Positions 1 to 12,705 of a stretch of DNA of 64,000 nt are shown piece by piece. The stretch covers positions 248,001 through 312,000 of the forward strand of contig JAPEUD010000021.1 of NCBI GenBank assembly GCA_026026165.1, in the 5' to 3' direction. The DNA is from Sarea resinae. Taxonomy: Eukaryota. The translations under genes were made by a program, and so were the position numbers. The notes beneath the pieces are model-generated. The model saw nothing but the letters and a program-made list of their open reading frames with translations. It made no database searches and was not told where the DNA came from. The stretch's first letter is position 1, and each line of letters starts with the position of its first letter.

Positions 1-176
1 TACGTATTGCACCCTGCAAGCAAGCAAGCTGCACACCTCACGACGTATCCACCCCACCATCCACTGACTCTACCGCAATCGACACCAGCCTCGCACGCCC
101 TCGCCCTCCTCAAACATCAAGCCTCGTCCTCTACCGATCTTATCAATCCCCTACAGCTTTCCCAAGTTTCTTCAAG

Positions 177-1020
177 ATGCTAATCAAGTGCGTATATCCC
201 CCGTCAACCCTCTCGTCCCCCGCGCTTCACGGCCTCGTGATATCCTTGTCTGCTCTGCTGGGGCATCTGGCCCACGACCGCGATAGAAGCACGTGCAGAC
301 ACGATACAGCAGGGCAGAGCTCCAACAAAGGCGAATGAGACGGAGAAGTCCAGAGCTTCGGTCATCCAGCTAGCTGTTCAGCTCAGTTCACTGATTCTCA
401 TTTCGTCGGCACTATACAGGGTCCGAACGCTAACGGGCAAGGAGATCGAGCTGGACATTGAGCCCGAATACAAGGTTCGTCTCTTTCCCCCTCCTAGCCA
501 CGTCTATGTCTCATGGGCGACGGAGGTGCGCATATGTGTCTGGACAGGTTGGACTGACAGTATGTGTGGCCCCGGTCTAGGTGTCGCGGATCAAAGAGCG
601 CGTTGAGGAACTCGAGGGGATCCCGCCTGTGCAACAACGGCTCATCTACGGTGGCAAGCAAATGTGTGTCCTCCGCTCCCGTCCCTTCCACTCCACGGCC
701 CTCCGCCTCTATCGCCTCTCTCTTTCCAACGTTCTCCTCCACTCGCTCTCTCAGCAGCTTTCACCCATGGTGAAGTATCGAAGAGCAACGCCGAGAATAG
801 CTTGAAGACTCACTGCAGAGATGAAGAGATAGTGAGGGAATGAGGGAATTACTTTACTCCACATTGAAGCCGGGGAATCAAACGGATAGCTAACATCTTA
901 CCTTCGGCGCTACCCTATAGGACCGATGACAAAACGGCAGAAGAATATAGCCTCGAGGGCGGCGCGACGTTGCATCTGGTCCTAGCGCTTCGAGGTGGTA
1001 GCGATAGTAATCACATATGA
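177..1020 (+). CDS. RUB1: Ubiquitin-like protein NEDD8/Rub1 precursor (4 exons)
   Basis: Exons 177-187, 420-474, 581-663 and 921-1020 splice at GT-AG to [82 protein letters not shown]. The LALRGG ending (Ala72) is diagnostic of NEDD8 rather than ubiquitin. Confidence 0.96.
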
Positions 1021-1160
1021 CGAGACGGTAGCGGTGATGGTGGCAGTAGTGAAGTGGGCCCGAATGCGGGGCTGGGACGGCCGGAACGGTGCTACCGGAA
1101 GGAGGGCAGACAGAGAAATCAGGATCGAGAGAAGTGGACTAAACCGTGTCAAAGAGAGAG

Positions 1161-1195
1161 GACGCAAGGCGCAAGACGCAAGACGCAAGACGCAA
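1161..1195 (+). repeat. Heptamer tandem repeat (GACGCAA) x5, one copy variant
   Basis: gacgcaa ggcgcaa gacgcaa gacgcaa gacgcaa, read directly. Confidence 0.85.
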
Positions 1196-1989
1196 GACCA
1201 GGGAAATGTGTCGATATTCGCATGCAATCTCAACGTTTGAAATACCAGACCTTTCTCTTCTCTTCTCCTTTTAAGAGAAGGATTCATATGAGTGGTATAG
1301 GGCGCGGCCTTTTCGTCTCATTTATTTGGCTACAACCGTGTTGGCTTGAATGCTGCCCCTGCTGCGCTTGAGAAACATTGTCAGACTGCAAGCAGAGAGG
1401 GGAGATACGATGATGCTCTGTCTAGACTGCTGTCGCTGCTGCTACTGCTGCTACTGTGGTTCTGGTAGTATATCTCCGGGTGCGTTTGCTGCTGGTAGAG
1501 GTGGTGATAGTGGTGGTAGAGGTAGTGGTGGTGGTACTACGTTATTCTCACTCAGAACAAACCGTCATCAATATCGTCATCGTCCGGGTCCTACCGTCGC
1601 CCCGGGCTATTATATTGCAGTACAGATCAACATGACGAGCGGGGCGGCAGATGGATAGAAAAGAGGAACAGCGAACTGGAGGGCAGATGCATGGATGGAT
1701 ACGATACGATACGATACGATAGGATAATAGGGCCGTGTAGAGCTTTGCCTCGATCTTACCTTGCCTTACCTTAGCTTGACCTTCTGAACCCATCCCATCT
1801 CATCACATCTTCGTTTGACCTTGCCGCACTACCTTATCCTGCACTATCCTGCCGTTTCCCGCATTTGTTTTTCTTTCGCTTTTTCTTTGTCTTCTTCGGC
1901 CGTGGTCCTATGACTTACCTTGACTTAACTTGACTTACCTCACATCAACGTAACTTGGCTTCTAATCACTTTGTCTTGTCCGAGGTTGA

Positions 1990-2740
1990 TTTTATCCAGA
2001 CTAGGCTTGTTTTATTTTCCCTAGGTACTTGATTTGGTTTGATTTAGTGGTTATAAAACTGTACTACACTGGATTGATTGTACAACGCTATAATTGACTA
2101 CCTACCTTACCTTCTATACGCTTTACTGCGCTCTATTGCACTATTCTATAGTTTATTCTCTCTTATCATATCTCCTCTTCAATATCTCACATACAAATAT
2201 CTTGTGTCCTCTTTCTCTCTCTCTCTCTTCTATAAATACCTATTACTCTATCTACTAAGTAAACAGATATAAAGATATATTCTTATTAGCTAACAGGCAC
2301 CTTACTAGTCTGATTGACTTAGGTATTATTAATTATCACTCTAATTAAGCAATAAAGATTACTCTAGTCAAGTAGTTAAGCTGTAGTGGTCTTCAGCCTA
2401 GTGTCTTTTCTAGTAGTAGAGCAGTGGAGGGTGGTTAAGGGTAGGTAGTTATTGCTATAGTGCATGTTTAGAGTATCAGGTTTGCTGGTTGTAGAAGGTG
2501 TGCTAGTATCAGGTATAATAGTATAATGTGTGATGATATAAGGTGTGATGGTAGAACGTGAGATAAGACTGAATTTGTAATATAGCTAATTAAATAGATA
2601 ACTATTTAGGCTTGTATCTAGCGTAGAATATCTAAGCCAGTCCCAGAGAGTCAGACCGACAGACAGCTAAGCATCTAGTACTATAGGTAAGGCTAGGTCG
2701 ATGTAGATGACAAGATATATCAGATGCGATAGTATAGTGT
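1990..2740. repeat. AT-rich, TpA-rich degenerate segment (RIP-like repeat or transposon relic)
   Basis: Abrupt visual drop in GC versus the flanks, abundant TA/TAG/CTA words and no credible ORF. No transposase or RT motif recognised. Boundaries are approximate. Confidence 0.45.
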
Positions 2741-2812
2741 AGACATCCGTCTCCTCTTCCATAGGTACAACGAAGGTAAAAGCCGGGAGTCGACCGATTG
2801 ACCGGTCATCCG

Positions 2813-2848
<36 letters not shown>
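2813..2848 (+). repeat. Hexamer microsatellite (AGAACC) x6
   Basis: Read directly. It explains the RTRTRT run in the spurious ORF 2798-3061. Confidence 0.9.
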
Positions 2849-2849
<1 letters not shown>

Positions 2850-3032
2850 AAGTCAGAACGAGCACTCCTCATATCTCCTCTCCTTTTATCCCGTTTCATA
2901 GATACCGAATCAGACGCCTTTTCTACGCCATACTATGCCATCCCCAAATGCCGCAATGCCATCCCAAACAAGCAGGTCCCATGGCCATGTATCCTGGGTC
3001 GACCAAACAAAATATCAATAATGAATCTCATT

Positions 3033-4425
3033 TCATACGCGCCGCTTCTTCACAGGCATGAACACGTCCACTGCCGGCCGCTTGCGCGGCATAGGTCCGA
3101 GTCCCTGAGATGGGCGTGGCGGGCCACTGGTCAGGGGTTTGGAGGATGAGTGGGAAGAAGAAGGGGGCTTGATGAGCGGGGCGCGATAATTGGGCGCCGG
3201 GCTACGGTTGTTGGGTTCGTACTCGCGTGCAATGCGCGAGGTGGGTGGAGAGGGCGAAGGGGAAAAGCACGAAGTGTCTTGTGCTTTGCGAGTCTGCGGG
3301 CCGCGAGCTGTTGAGCGGGATGACGGTGATGCTGAGGCTGAGGCAGAGGCTGGAGGGGAGTTGCCATGCTTGGCTGCTGTGGTCGTTGAAGGGTTGGTGA
3401 GCGCTCGAAGACGCGCTTCTCGTTCCGCCATCGATGGCGTCCCGTCTCCTGCCGCACTCGCTGTCGTAGGAGGCGGATTGTTCCGCCGCGGTGCCATGAT
3501 CCTCTGGGGGACCGGGGACGGGGCGTCCATGTACTGCGGGTTCTGAGGCCGTTTGTGCTCGTCTAGCAAGCCACGCGGCGCACTTCGGACCTGACTAGCC
3601 CTGTCGTTGAGCCGATGAGTCGGCGTAGCTAAGATACTTTTGCTCATGCTGAAGAGACTCATTTCTTTTGCTTCCCGCTTGGCTTTGGCGATCACGCTCT
3701 TGCCCGTTGTCGTCTTCGTGCGCGAGCCGGAGCCAAAGGAGAGCGAGGAGGATGAAGGGGTGGTTTGGTGACGCGAGGGAGGGGCGCGCATGCCGCGAGA
3801 GCGGGGCAGTCGAGGCAGGTTGGCGTCGGAGATGGGATCGACCATCCGGGACGTGTGCTTGGCTTTTTCGGATTTGATGCCGTCGAGCGCGGCTTTGAGA
3901 ATTTCGGCATCCTTGTTCAATTGTTCTTCGCTCTCTTTCACCAGTTTCTGTGGTAGCCCATGTCAGCTTGCGATCAAGGTCATTTCTCATATACCTACCC
4001 TGTAAACTTGATACCATTTCTTCGGGTTTCTAGGTTGATGTGGTTTCGACTGCCAGCTGGGAACGTCGCGCTTTATAAATTTCATCCATATCTCGGCGTC
4101 TTCGCCACATATCTGCGACGATGCTTGTTCGATGATTCTCTAGAAGACCGTCAAAAAGATTCTCTTCTCTGAGACGGTCATCCATGTAAGAGCTGTCGGG
4201 TTTCACATACAAGTTGGTCGGGGCTCTCAAGCTTTAGTAGAACAGGTCGTATCAGTTCGTATGGTATGTCGCCAACGTCTCGGATAGCTTCAAAACGTCG
4301 CGCCATGTCAGTTAAGTCGGTTGCGCTTGACACAAGAGGAGTCTGCCAGAAGTAGAAATAAGATTACATGGCAAGCATTTCATAGATGCGTTTCTGGCCA
4401 GCTGCCAGAGAGGAAGGGCGGGCAT
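3033..4425 (-). CDS. ELA1: Elongin A / RNA polymerase II transcription factor SIII subunit A3 (4 exons)
   Basis: Spliced product MPALPLWQLARNASMKMLA..IRDVGDIPYELIRPVLLKLESPDQL-RIIEQASSQICGEDAEIWMKFIKRDVPSWQSKPHQPRNPKKWYQVYR-KLVKESEEQL... matches the fungal elongin A domain. It ends in a low-complexity tail with NLS-like KKRRV. Confidence 0.85.
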
Positions 4426-4827
4426 GGCTGGACGATGTGGCCCAATATAGTTCGATCGAAAGACGGGAATCAGTGAGAGCCAAAGAGCAACGATAGGCGT
4501 ATAGACAGCATAAGTATAAATGGTAGATACAAATTGGAGGGAGGGAGATGGAACGAGTCAGGAGGGAGATTGAGAAGACGTCGAGTTGAAAGCAGCGGTT
4601 ATTTATACTGGTGGACGTTGACGTTGCTCGAGTCCTACGCAGGTAACAGTACACAGTTTTCCTCTGTGGAGTGCGCCTCTTCTGGTAGAGATACATCCCC
4701 GCGATAATGGCGATAAAGCGATAAGTCAATAGACGCAGGCAGCCTTCTCCACCATTGATGTGAAAGAAATGCGGGCTTCACCTGTACATAATCAGCCACA
4801 AGTCACTTTCTTTGAGCTTCAGCAACA

Positions 4828-7501
4828 ATGGCCTCTTCTATGAGAGCCAAGCTGGTCACTCGACCCTTCACCTCCATTCGGAGCTGCCCTCGTCACTGGC
4901 GAAGCTTACATACCAACAACAGGGTCTTCACTGTCTCGGAGGAGGTCCAGCAAGCATTGCACGAGAAGAGACCAGTCGTAGCGCTGGAGACGACCATATA
5001 TACTCACGGTACGGGCTCTGCCTCCGAGCGTTCGATGTATCAGGACCTCTCTAACCTCCACAGGCCTTCCCTACCCGGAGAATACAGCACTTGCATCCCA
5101 TCTCGAGTCGGTTGTGCGCGTCAATGGCGGAGTGCCAGCTACAATAGGCATAATAGACGGAGTGGCGCGCGTGGGTCTAAGTGCGGAAGAGATAATACGA
5201 TTGACCGAGTCGGCTGGACGACATGAGACTATCAAGATCTCAAGACGGGATCTGGGGTACATCTGTGGGTTGGTATTGTTCCCCCGTCGTTCCCGCGTCA
5301 AAAGCACTCACAGAGTCAGTGCTAACGGTCACTAGGGCATTGCTGGGAAGAAGCTGAATGGAGGTACAACAATTGCCGGGACGATGGTTCTGGCTCACCT
5401 GGCAGGGATCAAAGTATTCGCGACCGGAGGCCTGGGTGGGGTTCACAGAGGTGGGGAGGCCAGTATGGATGTCTCCGCCGATCTGACGGAACTCGGACGC
5501 ACGCCTGTCGCGGTCATCAGCAGCGGCAGTAAGGGATTCCTCGATATCCCAAGGACTCTAGAGTATCTTGAAACACAAGGCGTCACGGTAGCCACGTTTG
5601 CCGACGGAAGAGAAGGCAAGGTCGACTTTCCAGCATTCTGGGTGCGAGAGAGTGGGACGCCGAGCCCTATGGTGCTTGCTGATGAAGTAGAGGCGGCAGC
5701 GATCATTCGTGAGCTCTCCCCCTGAGCACTGAAATGTGATGCTTGCACTATACTTCCTAGTTGCTGATTTCCAGAATAGACGCACAAGCTATGCTGCCCC
5801 TTTCTTCGGGCTTATTATTCGCTAACCCTATACCCCTTGAGCATTCGATTGCAAAGTCCGACATAGATGCAGCTATATCAGAAGCTGTTGAAGCTGCAAA
5901 TAAACATGGCGCGTCTGGAAAGGAAAACACGCCGTTCATCTTGAACAAGATCATAGAGCTCACCAAGGGAGCGAGCCTTGCGGCTAATAGAGTCCTTGTA
6001 GAAGCAAACGTGACGAGGGGGACAAAAGTGGCTACAGAACTTGCGAAGCTAGAACGCGAGGCATCGAGCATCGAGCAACGGTAAGGGGCGCGCAGATGAG
6101 ACGTGCGGAAATGAGGCTGATGGCCTTTGGATATATAGAGAATCTCCACTCATCTTCACGAAGCCGAATCGAAACATTGAATCGAAGCAAAATTTTGAGC
6201 CTTCGCAAGTGCTATCCCGTCCAGTTCTAGACTCTCTACACTCGATATCCCCCGCGCCAAATCCACCAGCTTCCAAGGAATCGGAGACAGATATTCTCGT
6301 AGCCGGCTCCTTGGCCATCGATCTCTCCTGTGACTATGCGCCACTCCAGCCTCAATCTGGAGATATCTCTCCCCACCTCCACACCTCCAATCCGTCTATA
6401 ATCACGCAGACTCTAGGTGGGGTTGGCAATAATATAACGGCGGCCGCCCATCTCGCTGGTGCTTCCGTCCGACTATGCAGCGTCATAGCCGACGACCCTT
6501 CGGGTCACGCAGCACTCGACCTCCTCAAGCAACGCGGCATCCAAAGCAGTGGCATCAAAGTGCTACCACGCAGCAGCGGGCAGCGAACAGCGCAATACAT
6601 CGCGATCAACGACATGAAAAAGGACCTCGTGCTTGCAATGGCCGACATGTCGATCCTAGATACCACCTCTTCTTCCACCGACTTTGCCGAAACATGGCAA
6701 CGGCAGCTCGACCTGGCCAAACCCAAATGGCTCATCGCAGACGCCAACTGGGCCCCAGAAACCCTAAGCGCATGGATCTCAGCCGCCAAAGCGAGCGGCG
6801 CCCACGTAGCCTTCGAGCCCGTCTCCACGGCCAAATCAGCGCGTCTCTTTGCGCGATCCCTCTCTAACCCCCTGAAAACGGCCATCTACCCCACGCCCGC
6901 CATCGACCTTGCGACGCCCAACGCCTTCGAACTAGCCGCCATGCACACAGCCGCGCGCGACGCTGAGTTCTTCGACCGCGCCGACTGGTGGGCTGTCATC
7001 GACGCGATGGGGATACCCAGCTCCGGCGCACGGGACCGGTTCGTCGCAGTCACGAACGCAGAGATGGTGCGGCAGGGCGTGCCACAGCAGGCGCTCCAAC
7101 TGCTGCCGTTCATGCCGTGCATTTTGACCAAATTAGGCGCTCAGGGCGTGCTGCTGACGCAACTGCTGCATCTCGGGGACGAGCGCTTGCGGTCGAGACA
7201 GCACGCGCCGTTCATCGTGGCGCGCTCGTTGGACGAGGACGACGAGCGTGGGGTCGGTGGCGTGTACATGCGACTTTTCGCGCCGGCCGAGACCGTCGAC
7301 GAGAAGGACGTCGTCAGCGTCAATGGGGTTGGGGACACGTTTCTCGGCGTGCTTGTTGCCGGGCTCGTCAAGTCTGGTGCGGGCATGGCGCATCTGGAGA
7401 CGTTGGTGGAGGTGGCGCAGCGAGGGAGTGTTTTGTCACTCAAGAGTCGGGAGGCTGTGAGCCTAAGGATAGGGGAATTAAGGAGCCTCTTGGAACGGTG
7501 A
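4828..7501 (+). CDS. Bifunctional pseudouridine-5'-phosphate glycosidase (IndA/PsuG) - PfkB-family kinase fusion (5 exons)
   Basis: PsuG motifs [50 protein letters not shown] and TPFIL. C-terminal PfkB motifs GGVGNN, FEPVS and [10 protein letters not shown]. Four GT-AG introns restore one reading frame. Confidence 0.92.
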
Positions 7502-8065
7502 AGTTGGGTCCAAAGACCAGGAGGCTGTCAGAAAGAAGCGCGTGCACTAGATGTTTTGTCTGGGCGTTTATGCGAGCGAGGCTATTCCGACGTGTAAATT
7601 TCCAAGTCACTGGGTGGTAGATTTAATGTCCATATAAACCGGATGCCGAATAGATAGCATTGAGCACCCGAGCATGAATTCCGAGGGTGATGCCGTTTCG
7701 CATTATGCATATCTTCTCAACCGAATTGCCAGGTATATTAGGATCAGCGGCCATTGTCCGCCTGGAAGGAGAAGACGCCTCGTTGTGGCGACGTGCTGTG
7801 ATAGAGTTGAAGCGTTATATAAGATGCTGTAACACAACAGAAGGCGAATGATTTAGAGCTAGACGGCGTCGACACCTAGATATACCGAACAACACAATAT
7901 CGACCAGAATGCTCTCCAAGCAAATTGAGAAGTTCGATATTATTTTCTTCTGTTTTTGCATACCCGCCTCACGTAACCACGCCCGTACACGGAAAGAAAA
8001 GCTCATACACCAGACTCGTACAGCACACCACTCGCCCGTCCTAGACATCCTCATCACCGGCGCCT

Positions 8066-8901
8066 TCATTTCCCCTCCTTCGCAATGACAGCGTTCCCCC
8101 TTTCCAACAATTCCGGATTCTCCAGCACGTGTGCCTCGCCCCCGTGCAGAGTAACATCGACCATAGCCGCAGCCAAGACATCGACCTTGATAGACGGAAA
8201 CAGGCACTTCATGACCGACGGGATGAAGCCGGGGTCCTTCTCGAGGATCAGGGCAGGGCGAACGGCGTAGGCCTCGAAGGAGTCGGGGTTGGCGCGGGCG
8301 AGGTCGAAGAGGCCCTTTTCGGCCGCGCCCTTGGTCTTCAGCGTGCCGGTCGGATACCAGAGGAATTTGTCGGGGTCCTGCTCCGCGAGCATACCGCTGC
8401 AGTAGACGAAACGGAATGGTTTGGTTTGTGAGGAGGGGAGGTTGGTTCTGAGGGCGGTGTGAAAGGCGCGTGCGGCCGAGAGCGTGTAGTCGACGGTGAC
8501 GAGGCGGGCTTCTTCTTTTGTCTTGAATGCTGAGGCGTTGCCGCCGAGTGCCCTGGTGATGTCGTTTTAGCAGCCATCTCATCTCCTCAAGATCTCTAGA
8601 GAAAAGTTCTAGGCGATTCGAAGGTGTTTGTTTTCGCAGGACGTAGAGATTCTAGGAGACGCAAGTAAAACATTACTGACCAGAGACAAGCCTCGGCCCC
8701 AGCAAGCTTCTTCAGCAGTTGATCTGGGTACTCGTTGAAATTATCGTGGATGATGTTCTCGACCTTCTCGTGCGAGGTTACCGCCGGGGCCAACGGGCGC
8801 CGGGTGAGGGCTATGATGGATGTTATAGAGGCATTGCGGATGCATTGTGTGAGGAGTTCGCCGCCCACGAGGCCAGTCCCACCGGTCAGAATGATGCGCA
8901 T
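8066..8901 (-). CDS. NAD(P)-binding Rossmann-fold protein (nucleoside-diphosphate-sugar epimerase-like, 2 exons)
   Basis: N-terminal MRIILTGGTGLVGGELL glycine-rich loop. After one intron: WALGG...VTVDYTLSAARAF...PFRFVYCSG...KTKGAAE...VRPALI. Confidence 0.85.
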
Positions 8902-9182
8902 TTTGCAGGTAGGGAACGGTGAGTATGGTGAGGTACCCGTGGCAGATGCCAGCTGTTCTGGAGTTGTGAGAAGATGGCGAGAGTGTCAGATATAAGCAAT
9001 GTTGATGCGCGGCGCGGCGCGCATCGAGTGCGGCCGCACCGGCCGACCAGCTGGAACCGTCTGTTTTTTCTGCCACCGCACTCGGCAATTTATTTTCAGA
9101 CCCCACCACACTCACCACCGACGCCGCCCAGCTCTCCACCCCTAAGCCTCGAATTCAATACTCAACACCAGCCTCCAGAGCC

Positions 9183-10705
9183 ATGAGTGAAGAGCAAAAC
9201 CCCGCAATGGGGGCCTCAGAGCAGCCCGATCCAGAGCTCGAAGCCCAGATGATTCTCCTAGCCGCTTCCCACCACGACATCGAAACCCTACGCACCCTCC
9301 TCCGCACCGGCTCCGCCAATGTCCAGGACCCAGACACGGGCTACACGCCCCTGCACTGCGCGATTGCGGCTCTGGCTCCCGAGCCAGAACATGCGACCCC
9401 AGGTGCTGCTGAGGGAGAACAGTCGAACGGTCAGCTAGACGCAGATGCAATGGCGCAGAAGGAGAAGGAGAGAGAAGACGACATCCAGGCGGCGGCGAGG
9501 ACCATGCGCCTACTGCTCCAGAACGGCGCCATCTGGAACGATTTGGATAACAACGACGAGACGCCTGGGTGCTTGGCTAGGAGATTACGATTGAGGGAGT
9601 TGTACGAGATCATGGTTGATGCGGGCGTCAGGGCCGAGTTATTGCTGAATAGACTCGATGAGTACGAGCCGCTTGGTGACGATGATGAAGACGACGACGA
9701 GCCCGAAGAAGGAGAAGCAGACAATCAGGACGACAAAGAGAAAGACGCTACTACCACCAGCGCGCCCGAGGACCAAGTGGACACGGCAAATACTACCACG
9801 CAGCCTACCCCTATCGCCACAGAAGACAACGCGGCAACCGGCCCCACCCCCGCCGACCCTACGGACGCCTCCACGCTCAACCCGGCTTACCTCTCCTCAA
9901 CCCTCTCCATAACGCCCCACCGGATCCTCGACGCCTCCGCCAACGCAGTAATGATGTCGTGGGAAACATCGCTGATGCAATCCACAGCGCGCCTCCTGGC
10001 ACCGGTACCAGGCCTGCGCATCCTCAACATCGGCCACGGCATGGGGATAATCGACCAGGCATTCCGCGACGCGCCGACGCCGGAGCTGGCCGCAGGGGCC
10101 CCCCCCATGCCCGAAATACCCCACACGCCATCAGACCACGTCATCGTGGAGGCGCACCCGGACGTGCTACGCCACATGGGCGAGCAGGGCTGGCACTCCC
10201 GGCCCGGCGTGCGCGTGCTCGGCGGGCGCTGGCAGGACGTCGTGCCGCAGCTGGTCGAGAACGGCGACGTCTTCGACGCCATCTTCTTCGACACCTTCGC
10301 CGAGGACTACAAGGCCCTGCGCGACTTCTTCACCGAGTACGTCGTCGCGCTCCTCGAGCCCGACGGCGGCCGCTTTAGCTTCTTCAACGGCATGGGCGCC
10401 GATCGCGCCGTCTGCTATGATGTCTATAATAAAGTGAGTCTTCCACTTTTTGCCCCCTGAAAATCAGAGAAGGATACAGCAGAGTTGGAAAATAGAAGGA
10501 CAATGCGCAACTGACTGACTGACTGACACCACTGCACACACAGGTCGTCGAGATGGACCTCTTCGAGGCCGGCTTCGACGTCGAATGGAGCGATTTCCCC
10601 ATCCCAAGCGAGGGCCTCAAGAAGAGCGGCACCTGGGACGGCGTCCGGCGCGCCTACTGGGACGTCCAGAATTACCGCACTCCGCTCTGTCGCTTTATGC
10701 AGTAG
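9183..10705 (+). CDS. RMT2: Protein arginine N-methyltransferase 2 (ankyrin-like N-terminus plus SAM-dependent methyltransferase, 2 exons)
   Basis: Motifs LLQNGAIWNDLD..ETPGC, VDAGVRAELLL, NAVMMSWE, ILNIGHGMGIID, VEAHPDV, FDAIFFDTFAEDY and FSFFNGMGAD. Intron 10434-10543; last exon VVEMDLFEAGF...WDGVRRAYW. Confidence 0.93.
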
Positions 10706-10890
10706 TTAGTCTCTAGCCGATATGAGAGAGGTGTGTGTTTGTGGGTGGGTGTGTTCTTGTTGCCGGAGACGCTTGTCTGGCTAGCGGGTATCTCGGGGAT
10801 TTGCGTTTCATGGATTCGTTTCAAAAATCGGGTTCGTTGGCGTTGGCTTGGGTGTACGTGGCATGACTCTGCTGGGAGCGATTGAGGCAT

Positions 10891-10955
10891 GAGATGGGAT
10901 GAGATGAGATGAGGTGGGATGGGTTGGGATGGGATGGGATAGAATGGTATAGATA
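10891..10955 (+). repeat. Degenerate pentamer array (GRGAT)n containing a G-quadruplex-pattern run
   Basis: gagat gggat gagat gagat gaggt gggat gggtt gggat gggat gggat. Five GGG tracts at 10916-10938. Confidence 0.8.
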
Positions 10956-11111
10956 TTTAGATGTTTGGACCTATGACATCTACCTAGTTACCCTCATTAC
11001 AATCAAACTAAACACTTAGGGAAGACAAGTGGCCATTAAGTCCTAGAACGCAGAACGCAGAACGGAGACCAAGGGGAGAAAATCTCGAGGGAATATCCTA
11101 GGACTAGAGAT

Positions 11112-11133
11112 CCCCCCCCCCCCCCCCCCCCCC
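11112..11133 (+). repeat. C22 homopolymer
   Basis: Read directly. The length may be imprecise because of sequencing error. Confidence 0.9.
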
Positions 11134-11294
11134 AATGCTATTTTTCCATAGTACTCCTCCGGCTAGGTATAAACACAGAAAAAGACACAGGTGTGTGTGC
11201 GTGACGGAGAAAAGTCGTTGAAGAAGAACGAGAGAAGATCCGGAATATTACACAAGACGAGGCGTAGATTGAGGAACAAACGCCAGCCCGCTCG

Positions 11295-12705
11295 CTACCA
11301 GTCCGGGATGAGTTTATTATAGACAGCATCTTGCTCGTCTCTCACGACGGCCGCGGCCTCGGCGCCGCTGACAACAGGCAAGCGCTTCCCGTGCGCCTTG
11401 CCGACGCCCGCGGTGCCGGGATCCAGCACCCCAGCCTGCACCAGCACGCTCGCCTGGTCCCAGTAGACGCGCTCGTGGGCGACCTTGCCGCCACGCACAC
11501 AGACGATGCTGATGAGGGGCACCTCGACGTGTTTGCCCGTCGGCGGCAGGCCCGGCAGCATAAAGGGGATCTCGACATCGTGGTCGAAGGAGACGATCAG
11601 CTCGTCGACGACGCGGTCGACGCCGATCGTGCGTGAGATTAGCTGGGTGCGGTAACTCCGAGGGAGCCGCGGCATGAAGAATTCTTTGTAGAAGCGCTTT
11701 AGGTCCTTGTGGCCGACGCCGCCCGTCAGCGTTGGGGTGTATGTGATGTGCGGTTCGGGCGGCGCGGAGGCGGCTGGGGTAAGTGTTTTAAGCGTCGCCG
11801 AGGCCGAGCGCGTGGTTGTTTCTTCTGTAAGGGTGATGAAGATCGGGAGGTTAGCTCTGGAAGATTGTTGATTCAAAGCGAATAGGTCCAAGGGGACAGA
11901 AAGGGGATATGAAGAAAAACATACTGGTCAGATGGTCCTCGACCATGTGCTCGAGATCGACTTCGGTGTTCGACGCCTTTCTCACAAGACCCAGTGTGCG
12001 GCTCCACGCCAGCGACGCGGCCACCTTGTCGTAGTTGACCGAATTCTGCTCCGCGAAGCCCGGCAGCACGCCTGGATAGGTGTAGTTTGGGTAGCGCGGC
12101 TCGTAGGGCTTGCCGCCGGCGAGGTGGACAAGAGTGCGCAGGCTCGGGGGAAAGCTGGCGTTCTGCGCAGGAATCTGCGTTGGGTAGTACGCTATTAGCG
12201 CGTTCATTTTGTTCATGGGTTTCAGAGCGGCGGCGAGGGCCTCGGTGGCTGCGATTCCGAAGACTGCGGAAGAGTATTAGCTGTTGTTTCAGTTTGGCGC
12301 AATCGAGGACGATTCTGTTGCTCTACATTCTCGACAAATGATTCAAGTGGACCCGGAGGTTTTGACTGACACCTCTGTCTCGAGTACAGGACCGGTTTCG
12401 AATGAGGACAATAATAATCAGGGGCAAGCAATACCCACAAGCGCATACCCCATCCCAAGCTCGAGGTCCTCGGTCTGTCGGTTTAGTTCATTAATGTATT
12501 CCTTGCCCCCGCCTTCGAAGGGCAGGAAAAAGACCTCGAAGCCTTCGTCCTCGAGGAAGTTCATGATATCTTGGTCGAAATCATCTTCGGTCGCGTCGGC
12601 GCTGACGACGACGCGGGGCGGCGATCGATTGAAGCTGAGGAAGCCGCCTTTACGATCGGTGCCGTTGTGCTTGTCGGCTGTGAAGGTGCTGGTTGGGGGC
12701 GCCAT
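11295..12705 (-). CDS. Dienelactone-hydrolase-like domain fused to a SnoaL/NTF2-like domain (3 exons)
   Basis: DLH-like N-half (ALIAYYP, YTYPGV..GFAE, YDKVAASLAWSRTLGLVRK). C-half PTLTGGVG..LKRFY..FF...LISRTIGVDRVVDEL..SFDHDVEIPFMLPGLPPTGKHVEVP...HERVYWDQASVLVQAGVLDP is typical of the SnoaL-like fungal family. Confidence 0.85.

Noticed and set aside
1018..1371. Frame stays open for ~116 codons after the NEDD8 TGA-C stop (readthrough?)
   Set aside because: The region contains heptamer repeats and reads like a 3' UTR. There is no protein-like signal and NEDD8 is cleaved after GG anyway.
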